Source of the DNA: an uncultured Desulfobacter sp. | GTDB taxonomy: Bacteria > Desulfobacterota > Desulfobacteria > Desulfobacterales > Desulfobacteraceae | Length of the DNA: 64,000 nucleotides | Assembly: GCA_963665095.1 (NCBI GenBank) | Contig: OY762069.1 | Coordinates: 672,001 to 736,000, forward strand | Direction: 5' to 3' | Part shown: positions 1 to 8,951 of the stretch, in pieces | Position numbering within the stretch: position 1 is the first letter of the stretch | Layout: each line of letters begins with the position of its first letter | Notes under the pieces: generated by a model | Told to the model about the DNA's origin: nothing | The model's database searches: none | Seen by the model: only the letters and a program-made list of their open reading frames with translations | Position numbers and translations under genes: made by a program

Positions 1-495
1 GATAGAGAGTGGCTCGAATTACTTGTAAACAGAGGTGTCTGGCATTTTAAGACCTTTATATCCGTACCGGATGATGCCGAATCCACAGATCTGCCAGCCA
101 TGGTGGAAAATTTCATGAAGCAGCTGGAACATTTCAGTACACCTGTTGATTTAAGGGGGTATGCTTCTATATCACCACATATCGAACTGGTGGTTCTGTA
201 CCACGATAATATGGATCAAAGTATGTTTTCACAGATTGCTTCCCTGGCGGCACGGACATACATATCTGTTATTACGGTGCCGTCCGATATCATGGACAGC
301 AAAGGCCAAAGCTGGGAAGACGCGCTTTCGGACATGATCCGGATGGGTATGGACAAAGACACCTGGATTAAACTGCCACGGGGGATATGGCAGACCTATT
401 TTTCAGATGAGCAGGTGGATACATCTGTTATCACTTCATTGGAAGAACTGGAAATGGTAAGTGCTGAGATTAATCAGCCCCCCTGCTTTGAATAA
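1..495 (+). CDS. Hypothetical protein, 5'-truncated by window edge
   Basis: The frame of the 100..495 ORF is open from base 1 (DREWLELLVNRGVWHF...); stop TAA at 493-495; no motif recognised; followed closely by a radical SAM gene. Confidence 0.6.
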   Translation, partial: DREWLELLVNRGVWHFKTFISVPDDAESTDLPAMVENFMKQLEHFSTPVDLRGYASISPHIELVVLYHDNMDQSMFSQIASLAARTYISVITVPSDIMDSKGQSWEDALSDMIRMGMDKDTWIKLPRGIWQTYFSDEQVDTSVITSLEELEMVSAEINQPPCFE

Positions 496-527
496 ATGTA
501 AATTTTTTGCATGAGAAAGGAATAGTT

Positions 528-1511
528 TTGGCAAATATTCTGATAACCAATCATTGTGTGAGGAAATGTACCTTTTGTTTTGCCCGATCCCGAATCGGTC
601 AGTCGGCGGATACCCAAAAGGCAAGCCATATGTCTTTGGAGAACATACATAAGGTTATGGATTTCCTGGATAAGACAGATGATGATCAGCTCCGGCTTCT
701 TGGCGGGGAGCCCACACTGCACCCGGAATTCATACGTATTGTTCAAGAGGGGATAGAGAGAAATTTTTATGTCCATATTTTTTCAAACTGCATGATGCCC
801 AATCGTGTTGTTGATTTTCTTAAAACCGTGCCGGACAATAAATTATCCATTCTTGCAAACGTGTCTCCCCAGGAAAGCGATACCCCGGAACAAAAAAAAC
901 GGGTGGAACGTACACTTGAACAACTGGGAAAAAAAATAACGGTCGGCATTACAGTGACAGCACCGGAGTTTGAGTATCAATTTCTCTTTGACCTGATAAA
1001 TAAATATAATTTGCGGCGCCGGATCCGGGTCGGCATTGCCCAGCCCATTGTCGGCATCTCAAATGAATTTCTGCCGCCCTCAAAGTACCGGGAAACAGGC
1101 AAGGCACTTGTAAAGATGGCCCTTGACAGCTATGAGCGCGACATGCTTATCGGCTTTGACTGCGGTCTTACCCAGTGTATGTTTTCTGAAATGGAAATTG
1201 GTATTCTGGCAAAGAAAAGCGAAGGATTCAGTATGGTTTGCGACCCCATTATTGATATTGGACCTGAGCTTGATGTCTGGCATTGTTTTCCTTTGTGTGA
1301 AGTTCTCAACACGAAACTGGATATGTTCAGAACCAGAAATCATATTGCAAAATTTTATAATAGCCGGTTAATGCCTTATAAAACATTTGGGTGCATGCCT
1401 GAATGCCGATCATGCGTTCATCTTCACCAGGGAACTTGTACCGGAGGGTGTATAGCCCATGCCATCAACTCGTTTAATCAGAAACCACCAGCAAGAATTG
1501 ATGCCGGTTAA
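528..1511 (+). CDS. Radical SAM protein with C-terminal SPASM-like Cys cluster
   Basis: CxxxCxxC (CVRKCTFC), GGEPTLHP, C-terminal CMPECRSC...CTGGC. Start moved from 507 to TTG 528, which follows AAAGGA. Confidence 0.88.
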   Translation: MANILITNHCVRKCTFCFARSRIGQSADTQKASHMSLENIHKVMDFLDKTDDDQLRLLGGEPTLHPEFIRIVQEGIERNFYVHIFSNCMMPNRVVDFLKTVPDNKLSILANVSPQESDTPEQKKRVERTLEQLGKKITVGITVTAPEFEYQFLFDLINKYNLRRRIRVGIAQPIVGISNEFLPPSKYRETGKALVKMALDSYERDMLIGFDCGLTQCMFSEMEIGILAKKSEGFSMVCDPIIDIGPELDVWHCFPLCEVLNTKLDMFRTRNHIAKFYNSRLMPYKTFGCMPECRSCVHLHQGTCTGGCIAHAINSFNQKPPARIDAG

Positions 1512-1556
1512 AGCGATCAATTGGGACCCAAAAAGCTGGTTCACGGTGGTGATCAT

Positions 1557-3662
1557 TTAACATAGCTGTATGGTTCTGGTATACAAACGCCGTCTGAATC
1601 TGCTTGGCCTGCTGTCCTTTAGAATACATGACCACGGCAGCACAAGACGGCTGAGATATTTTTTTAAAAAAAACGGTTCAATAAGTTTCAGACCTTGTTC
1701 CGGAACTTTGCCCTGAACGGTTTTCTGCACACAGAACAGGAAATGTGCCAGAGCAGCCTCGTGTTTCCCTGGCCGTGCATGCTTTTGTATCCATTCCCAA
1801 TCTATCTTTTCGCTGTCTTTTTCAAGTATCTGGCGGATATCCACCATTCTGAGCATCCTGTCAAAATGATGTTCCCATATTGCATGAAGGCAGGAAGACA
1901 AGAAAAGATGGTTCACATTCAGACAGTTAATTTCAGTGCCTTGAAGGGAAATCTTTACCGCAGAGTCAAGACAGTTTTTAAACCTAAAAAGAGACGCCTG
2001 GTTTCCGGGCAACATGGGATAGGCATCCCAGTGAATTTCCACTGTTATGCCATTTTTTTGAAATGGCAGCTCTCCTTTGCCCATCCAGTAATCCCTTGTG
2101 CCGAATGGTATTGGTTTATACCCGTTCGCAGTTAAAAGAGATTCGATTTCCGGGATGCTTTGGGTATGGCAGACAATATCTATATCCCGACTGTGCCGCT
2201 GCCAGGGATGGGGATAATAGTTCGAGGCGAATCCCGGGCCCCTGAGGAATAAAAAATCGTGTTGCTGCTCTGTCAGCAGACAATGAACATGAACCGTCTC
2301 TTTACAAAGCTTCACATAACGATTCTTTGCATCGGACATAATTTTTTCAGCATCTACCCATAAAGGAATAGACTGCCCAGCTCTGGATTCTGCCATCCAT
2401 TTGGCGGCAAAGGGTTCCAGCCTGTGATACGTTACCAGATCCCAGATTCTGTGGAAAACAGCAGGGGTGTCCATGTTCACGGCAGGCATTGATTCTTCGG
2501 TTTCAGATGATCCCAGAGAAAAGTCAAGCATATGGTGAAACCATTGAACAGTATCCATGGAATCCATTTTTGCTGATGCGCTGTTACTGGACGGGTGGCC
2601 TGGTTTTTGGTTGTGCTTTTTTTTTGTGGCTGTAAAGGAGAAACCAAATCTGCCTTTGGCTGCCTGACTGGCCAGCCACTCACCTAACTTCACAGGATCG
2701 TTGCCTGTATTGAGTCTATAGATGCTGCACTTTTCTATCAGCCCCCACAGAATTTCCATGCTTTTATCATTTTTTTTTGCCTCATGGGCAAATGTATGAC
2801 CTTTCATCAGAACGGGCAGGCTTTCATGGAGTTCAAGTCTGTTTAAACTGGGGCCTTTTTTTGTGATCCGTGGGATGAGCAGTGCTTTTACAATCCCCTG
2901 GCCGGCCATGCCGTCCTTTTGAAAAATCTGGATCGGGTCCACAGGCGTTTTATAATCCCCTGATCGCTCTTTTTTCAGTTTTATAAAGTCAAGCTCAGGA
3001 AAGAATTCAATGGTTTTCTGTGTCAGGTTCACCTGTTTTGCAATGCCCTCAACAATAATGCCACGTTCTGACACGGACAGGGTAACCAGATCATCAGAAA
3101 TAAAGTGAAATCCTTCACGGGTCAAGGAAATCGTTGTGGACGTTTTGCCACCGCCGCTGTCTGCAATGATCAAAATCGCATCCCCTGCCGGGGATACAAC
3201 ACAACCGGCATGTAGCAGGGCTTTCCCTTGAATTAAGAGTAACTCTCTGAGCGCTGGAATCAGGACTGTGTTAAAGAGTAACGGGCTTTTTCCTGTTTCT
3301 TCGGGCACTTCAGTCACAACCAAAAGATCTGTATACGGCGCCAGTGAAACAGCAAACGCGCTGAGCTCAGCGCCCTTTAAAATAACAACAAAGCCATATT
3401 CTTTATTGTATTCGATATAGGGGTCTTCACCAGGGTCCATTTTCAAATAAATATGTTGCACCCATTCCGGCATTGCGCTGATAAACGCATTGCCTTTTTC
3501 CAAGGTCATTTTGATATCAATTCCCCGGTCTGTCTCCGGGATACGATTTAAAATGAACATCTTGTTAACAGGCCCTGTAAGTATTTCCGGAGGCGAGATG
3601 AAACGCAAGTTCAGGCCGGCCCAGCTATAGCAGAAAATGTCACTTATATTTTTAGATTCCAT
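1557..3662 (-). CDS. HprK-related kinase fused to a nucleotidyltransferase-family (NTP_transf_5-like) domain
   Basis: LLHAGCV...ADSGGGKTS...FISDDLV (HprK-type P-loop and DD); C-terminal FLRGPGFASNYYPHPWQRHSRDIDIV and VEIHW. Probable start ATG 3662 (MESKNIS), just after the asnB stop. Confidence 0.75.
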   Translation of the reverse strand: MESKNISDIFCYSWAGLNLRFISPPEILTGPVNKMFILNRIPETDRGIDIKMTLEKGNAFISAMPEWVQHIYLKMDPGEDPYIEYNKEYGFVVILKGAELSAFAVSLAPYTDLLVVTEVPEETGKSPLLFNTVLIPALRELLLIQGKALLHAGCVVSPAGDAILIIADSGGGKTSTTISLTREGFHFISDDLVTLSVSERGIIVEGIAKQVNLTQKTIEFFPELDFIKLKKERSGDYKTPVDPIQIFQKDGMAGQGIVKALLIPRITKKGPSLNRLELHESLPVLMKGHTFAHEAKKNDKSMEILWGLIEKCSIYRLNTGNDPVKLGEWLASQAAKGRFGFSFTATKKKHNQKPGHPSSNSASAKMDSMDTVQWFHHMLDFSLGSSETEESMPAVNMDTPAVFHRIWDLVTYHRLEPFAAKWMAESRAGQSIPLWVDAEKIMSDAKNRYVKLCKETVHVHCLLTEQQHDFLFLRGPGFASNYYPHPWQRHSRDIDIVCHTQSIPEIESLLTANGYKPIPFGTRDYWMGKGELPFQKNGITVEIHWDAYPMLPGNQASLFRFKNCLDSAVKISLQGTEINCLNVNHLFLSSCLHAIWEHHFDRMLRMVDIRQILEKDSEKIDWEWIQKHARPGKHEAALAHFLFCVQKTVQGKVPEQGLKLIEPFFLKKYLSRLVLPWSCILKDSRPSRFRRRLYTRTIQLC

Positions 3663-3679
3663 TATAATATTCCATGGCG

Positions 3680-5572
3680 TTAAAAATAGGTTTCCAGCCA
3701 TATGGCAATGGATATCAGACCAATAAAAAGATCCCTGTCCATTGGTACGCCGCATCGGTATAAGGTGTACATTTGCTGAATCCCGGCAGGATCAAATAGT
3801 CCGGAATCCGCTAATGTGTCAGAAAAAAGTTTGGACTCAATGAATTGTGCACTATCTTCCTGAATCCACTGGGCATACGGAACCGTTCCCCCGAAACCTA
3901 TTTTGGTACATTTCAATGTTGTGTCAGGCAACCTGTCCGCCATGGCTTTTTTAAATATATTTTTTGATATTGGCTGGTGCAGGTTGTCCCCTATTTTTAA
4001 CCTGGCGGGGATTCTTGCGGCCAGTTCAACCATGTTAACATCAAGAAATGGGGAGCGTATTTCAACGCCATGGGCCATTCCCATCCGGTCGTTTATTTCT
4101 GAAAAACTGTATTGACTGACGCAGTTCAGGTGCTGGGCAAACAACCCGTCGAAAAGATTATCAGCACCGCTGTCCAGGTATGCGCTGGCACAAATGTCAG
4201 ACGGCGTGTTCTCTTGGCAGATTTCCAGCATAGCGTCAGTATATATTTTTTTTTGAATGTCCAGGTGATTGTATCGAAGGGCGGGGAAAGCCCGTTCCGG
4301 ATGACACCCGGCGCGCTTCCCTATAATTTCAAGTGCAAATTTTTCATCTTTTGTAAGGCCCTTTTCGGGGAGTGCCAGGGCGCCTTTGGCATTCGTCCAT
4401 TTCCCAAGATAATGATCCCAAAGATGCATCAGTGCATGGTCATTGTACCCTCCGAACAACTCGTCTCCCCCTGCACCGCAAAATGCCACTTTAACACTTT
4501 TCCCTATTTCCTGTGACAGCAGGTAGGCATCCATGGGAACAGGGGTGGCAATGGGTTCCCCATGATGACGGATTACCTCTTTCATTACAGAAAAATTGTC
4601 AGACCGGATGTTATATTCAAAATGCCTTGTCTGGTATCTGTCTGCTATCTGTCTTGCAGAAAGGGTTTCCTGGACATTTGCCGGGGTCTCTTCCTGTGCG
4701 CTGATACGAAAAGTTGGAAAGTCTTTGAGCGCTCTGCTCATGGAGGCCACAACCGCGCTGGAGTCAATGCCGCCGGATAACAGCGCGCCAACCGGGGTGT
4801 CAGACCGGCACATAAGAGAAACAGTCTGATCAAAACAGTTTCTGATCTCTTCAATGCACTCTTGTTCATCAGAAAGCCGGCTTGACGGGTCAAAGGTGCA
4901 GGACCAGTATTGGGTCAATTCAGCACGGTCATATGAAATTTCAATATAGTGGGCCGGAGGAAGTTTTTTGATATCCTTGAAAGCAGTTTTCGGCGCGATG
5001 GGATGCATAAAAGACATTGCCAGATTAATCCCCACAGGATCAATTCGTCTCGGAACTTCCGGGCATGAAAGAATCGCTGGAATTTCAGAGGCAAAAATAA
5101 ATTTATGGCTGTCTTCAAAATAATAAAGGGGTTTTTCTCCCATTCTGTCCCGGGCAATGAACAGTTTGCGGGTCTTCTGGTCCCAAATGGCAAATGCATA
5201 CATACCTCTGAGTAACGAGAGACATTGAGCCCCGGTTCGTTTATACAGCAGTAAGACAACTTCTGTATCACTTTGGGTGGCAAAGGACTCTCCCTGCCGG
5301 ATAAGCTGTTCCCGAAGTGAGCGAAAATTATAGATCTCTCCGTTAAAGGCGATGGTAAAACGGCCACAGGGTGAGGTCATGGGCTGATCAGAACGTGGTA
5401 CCGGATCCATAATGGCCAGACGGTTTACGCCTAATGCAATAGGGCTTTGGGTGAATGTTCCCTGGCTGTCCGGGCCCCGATGCGCTATGGCCTGAAGCAT
5501 GATTTCCAACTCTTTTTGAAGGGTGTTGCTCTCCTTGCTGTTTCTCTGAAAAATTCCCGCAATTCCGCACAT
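3680..5572 (-). CDS. asnB: Asparagine synthase (glutamine-hydrolysing)-family amidotransferase
   Basis: N-terminal MCGIAG (Ntn Cys), HRGPD, FNGEIYNF, RDRMGEKPLYY, LLSGGIDSS, GGDELFGGY, EIRSPFLD. Confidence 0.92.
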   Translation of the reverse strand: MCGIAGIFQRNSKESNTLQKELEIMLQAIAHRGPDSQGTFTQSPIALGVNRLAIMDPVPRSDQPMTSPCGRFTIAFNGEIYNFRSLREQLIRQGESFATQSDTEVVLLLYKRTGAQCLSLLRGMYAFAIWDQKTRKLFIARDRMGEKPLYYFEDSHKFIFASEIPAILSCPEVPRRIDPVGINLAMSFMHPIAPKTAFKDIKKLPPAHYIEISYDRAELTQYWSCTFDPSSRLSDEQECIEEIRNCFDQTVSLMCRSDTPVGALLSGGIDSSAVVASMSRALKDFPTFRISAQEETPANVQETLSARQIADRYQTRHFEYNIRSDNFSVMKEVIRHHGEPIATPVPMDAYLLSQEIGKSVKVAFCGAGGDELFGGYNDHALMHLWDHYLGKWTNAKGALALPEKGLTKDEKFALEIIGKRAGCHPERAFPALRYNHLDIQKKIYTDAMLEICQENTPSDICASAYLDSGADNLFDGLFAQHLNCVSQYSFSEINDRMGMAHGVEIRSPFLDVNMVELAARIPARLKIGDNLHQPISKNIFKKAMADRLPDTTLKCTKIGFGGTVPYAQWIQEDSAQFIESKLFSDTLADSGLFDPAGIQQMYTLYRCGVPMDRDLFIGLISIAIWLETYF

Positions 5573-5831
5573 ACGCCAGCGCCTTTGATTTGATTACACC
5601 TGAAAACAGTTTGCCTCTCGTTAGCACAATAAGATATAGCGGTCAACGACAAACCTGCTCCCCTGAGCCACCATCAAGGCACACTTGTAAAGGCTGCCAG
5701 TGATTATTCCGGCAAATTGACTGAAAGTCAGACCTGTGTACGGCACCTCTTTATTTAATCATTCAAACACGGCACAGTTAGTTTGCAAGTTAGATGAATA
5801 TGGGGGCTATATGACAATGGCCTGTCAAGAA

Positions 5832-7619
5832 TCAGGTATCACACGAATCAATATGTGGTTTGAGTTCAGGCATTTTCTCCATGGTGTACTCATACCCGAT
5901 ATCAATGATCTCTTTTGCATTGTTATAGGCTGTTAAAGGGAAATGGGAAACCGGCAGCTCAAGGTAATAATCTGCCAGCGACATAATACGCTTGCGCTGG
6001 GCAAGGCCGCCGATCTGGTTGGCATAGGTCAGAATGGATTTCAGGCCGGGCATGGCGGATGACTTTTTATTAAACCGGGACTTGATGACATCCCAGTTGT
6101 TGAGCGCTGTGGTCTGGGGGTCCACACAGATGTCCTCTTTAATGTCAACATCCAGGGCAATGATGGTGCCGTTGCCCCGCCGCCGTTCAAGGGCGGTGCC
6201 CAGCCGCCCGCGCATGGCCTGAACCGGGACGTTTTCCAGAATGGCCCCGTCCACCATCAACTGGCCGTCTTTTATTACGGGGGGCAAAAGGCCTGCCGGA
6301 GAATTGCTGGCCAGAACCGCCTGCCACAAGGGGCCTGAATCAATGACGGTAGTGTCGGCACGGCTTAAGTTGCAGGCGGCTGAAAAATAGGTCATCCAGA
6401 TATTTTGTACCTGTGTATCCCCAAAAATTTTTCTAAGCGACTTTTCATAATTCCTGCCGGAAAAAATGGATACAATGGGAAGGTCTAATTTGATGATGCC
6501 TTTGGTAAATTTCAGGATGGTACTGTGAATCTCTTCTCTGGGAATCCCAAAGGCATAGAATGCCCCGATAAGGGCGCCCATACTGTTACCGCCTAAAAGA
6601 TCCACTGGAATGCCGTTCTCTTCAAATGCTTTTAATGCACCTAAATGGGCAAAGCCCCTGGCTCCGCCGCCACCGAGCACGATGCCGACGGCCTTGCCCA
6701 CTAGAAACCGGGCAATGCGCTGGTAATCGGACAGATCCTCCGGGCTTGCCGGATATACGCGCTCCACATCCCTGGGATGCTGCCATGCCAGTTTGTCATC
6801 ACACAGGCTTGATTTGCCAGGGTGAAGAACAATGAGATGTTTCCTCATCAGCCGGGTACCGGGGTCATTGGCAAGAAGTATTTCAACCGGTGACAACTCC
6901 TTTCCTGAGCCTGCGTCCGCCACAAAAAGTATTTGATCCGCATGCTTGAAGTTTTCAAGCGGTGAGTTTGTATCAGATAGCCGGACCTGATAAACAAGAA
7001 AATCGTTTTCTGCTTCCAGGGCATCAATGTTCAGATGTTCACCAGAGAATGTAGTTTCCAGCAGGACGTGGCGGGCCCTGCCCATATCTGAAAATGCAAG
7101 GGTCAGATTATGGGTGACCCGGTCGGCATCCACGCTGTCTGTCAGCGGAATAACGACAAATGAGTGGGCCCGTTTCTGGCTTTCCACCCTTCGGGCATGG
7201 CGCAGGTGATTGTATATGGCCTGGGAAAAAACACGGTTTATTTCCACCGGATATTTTTTAAGCAGAGACTCGAAATCTTTTTTTAAAAGAACGCCCAGGA
7301 CCGATGTTCTTAAGGCTGTAATATCCGCAGCCCTTTGCTGGTCCAGGATCACCCCTAACTCCCCGACGATTTCACCAGGCAGAATCTCATTGAACAGCAT
7401 GATATTGCCGTCTTTGCCCTGCCTTGATACTCTTAACCTGCCGGAAACCAGTATGAAAAGAGAGTCTACATTATCCCCTTCAGATATCACCTGGGTGCCG
7501 CCTGCCACCTCTCGGATCTGAAGCGTGTCAACCAGTTCGTTTAAAACCGGGTCGGGAAGTTTTCGGAATTCCAGACCAACTTTAAGCAACTCCACAATCT
7601 GATCTTTGTAAAACTTCAT
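5832..7619 (-). CDS. Cyclic-nucleotide-binding domain + patatin-like phospholipase (NTE/RssA-like)
   Basis: cNMP fold (GEIVGELGVILDQQRAADITA); patatin motifs LGGGGARG, GNSMG, VDGA. ATG 7619 follows GAGGTGG. Confidence 0.88.
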   Translation of the reverse strand: MKFYKDQIVELLKVGLEFRKLPDPVLNELVDTLQIREVAGGTQVISEGDNVDSLFILVSGRLRVSRQGKDGNIMLFNEILPGEIVGELGVILDQQRAADITALRTSVLGVLLKKDFESLLKKYPVEINRVFSQAIYNHLRHARRVESQKRAHSFVVIPLTDSVDADRVTHNLTLAFSDMGRARHVLLETTFSGEHLNIDALEAENDFLVYQVRLSDTNSPLENFKHADQILFVADAGSGKELSPVEILLANDPGTRLMRKHLIVLHPGKSSLCDDKLAWQHPRDVERVYPASPEDLSDYQRIARFLVGKAVGIVLGGGGARGFAHLGALKAFEENGIPVDLLGGNSMGALIGAFYAFGIPREEIHSTILKFTKGIIKLDLPIVSIFSGRNYEKSLRKIFGDTQVQNIWMTYFSAACNLSRADTTVIDSGPLWQAVLASNSPAGLLPPVIKDGQLMVDGAILENVPVQAMRGRLGTALERRRGNGTIIALDVDIKEDICVDPQTTALNNWDVIKSRFNKKSSAMPGLKSILTYANQIGGLAQRKRIMSLADYYLELPVSHFPLTAYNNAKEIIDIGYEYTMEKMPELKPHIDSCDT

Positions 7620-7937
7620 TTCCACCTCAAAAATTGCACCATCTGGCAGGGCCGAATGGCGGCAGACAAAACTTTATGAACGAAATAACAGGCAACCAGT
7701 TGACTGCCTGCACTCTGTTATCGTAGAATTCGCTTTAAGAAATTCTGCGACAGGCTGTATTGCGGGGTTATGCAGTCAGGCACTGTTTGGGACTATTTTT
7801 CATGTAGCCCAAAGTGAAGTAAAGTGTATCATAGATTTAAATAAAGATGAACCTGGCCGACTTTTTTTTCAACACATGGCATTGCTGTCAGACGGTAAAT
7901 TTCGGGTGCATCCCAAAGAAAACAGGATATCAAGAAG

Positions 7938-8951
7938 ATGAAGCTTGCCTGGATCTGGCCGTTTATGTTATCAGGAGTCATTCTCTGGGCGTTCTGGCGA
8001 TATGATTTTTCAGAAGCGGTTAAAGCGTATCACACGATTGATTGGCCGCTGATAGGCCTGTCCTTTATTTTTAATGTGTGCATTTTGTACTTTCGTGCAT
8101 ATAAATGGGCACTTGTTTTCAAACCCATGGCCCAAAGATTATCCCATTTCAACGGATGCCTGTCAGTCTTTGCCGGCTGCCTTGTGAATATGGTGGTACC
8201 GGCCCGGGCCGGCGGCCTGGTCCAGGCATGGATTATCGGCAGAAAGGAACATGTCAGTGTGAGTGCGGCGCTTGGCACTGTCACGCTGGTTCGGATTTTT
8301 GACAGTGCCATGCTTGTTTTTTTGGGGCTATGGGTTTTTATTTTTCTGAACATACCCAAAGCAGGAAATGACTACATTATATCAGTTATTAAAGCAGCAG
8401 GGTCGGCTGGTTTTTTTTTGGTGATTCTTGTTATTATCCTGTTCATGTTCACCCGGAACCCAAATGCCATGGACAGAATGTTGTTCTTTTTGTTTAAATT
8501 CTTGCCTGGCCGGCTTAAGCCGGGAACAACGCAGGCGGTCATTGGATTCCGGCAGGGGTTAATGGGTCTTAACTCTGTCTGGATTGTCGGTTTCAGCCTT
8601 TTGTTGAGCCTTGTTTTCTGGTTGCTTTGCGCTGTGAACGTCTATATTCTGCTCAACGCCCTTGGCCTGGAAGTGGCCGGGATAATCAGTCCGATACTGC
8701 TTCTGCTGGCACAGGCATTTTCCATGGGCATTCCGGCTCCGGCCAATGCCGGTCCCTACCATGCAGCGACGATAACGGTACTGGCTTTGTATGGAATTCC
8801 GTCTCAATCCGCATTATACGCCGCCGTGATTATGCATGGGGTCATGTTTATTTCAAATACGTTTCCCGGTCTGTTGTACCTGTGGCTGGATAAAACAGAA
8901 GTTGTTACGATGCTGAAAGGAATCAATGATGTCAGAAGAAACCTGCAGTAA
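7938..8951 (+). CDS. Lysylphosphatidylglycerol synthase TM / UPF0104 flippase-like membrane protein
   Basis: Multi-TM; RAYKW, NMVVPARAG, RIFD, PAPANAGPYH motifs typical of the family; overlaps the NRPS start. Confidence 0.8.
   Translation: MKLAWIWPFMLSGVILWAFWRYDFSEAVKAYHTIDWPLIGLSFIFNVCILYFRAYKWALVFKPMAQRLSHFNGCLSVFAGCLVNMVVPARAGGLVQAWIIGRKEHVSVSAALGTVTLVRIFDSAMLVFLGLWVFIFLNIPKAGNDYIISVIKAAGSAGFFLVILVIILFMFTRNPNAMDRMLFFLFKFLPGRLKPGTTQAVIGFRQGLMGLNSVWIVGFSLLLSLVFWLLCAVNVYILLNALGLEVAGIISPILLLLAQAFSMGIPAPANAGPYHAATITVLALYGIPSQSALYAAVIMHGVMFISNTFPGLLYLWLDKTEVVTMLKGINDVRRNLQ

Noticed and set aside
3680..5572. Lasso peptide cyclase / lasso cluster
   Set aside because: The glutaminase domain is intact (MCG, HRGPD), and no B1/B2 proteins or lasso precursor are visible in the window.
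5573..5831. Short ORFs as RiPP precursors, and an ops-like GGCGCTGGCGT before asnB
   Set aside because: No convincing RBS or leader motif; the ops-like word has mismatches and abuts the start codon.
5832..7619. CBASS patatin effector (CapV-like)
   Set aside because: No CD-NTase adjacent; the architecture is cNMP + NTE-type patatin, and the nearby nucleotidyltransferase is NTP_transf_5-like, not cGAS-like.
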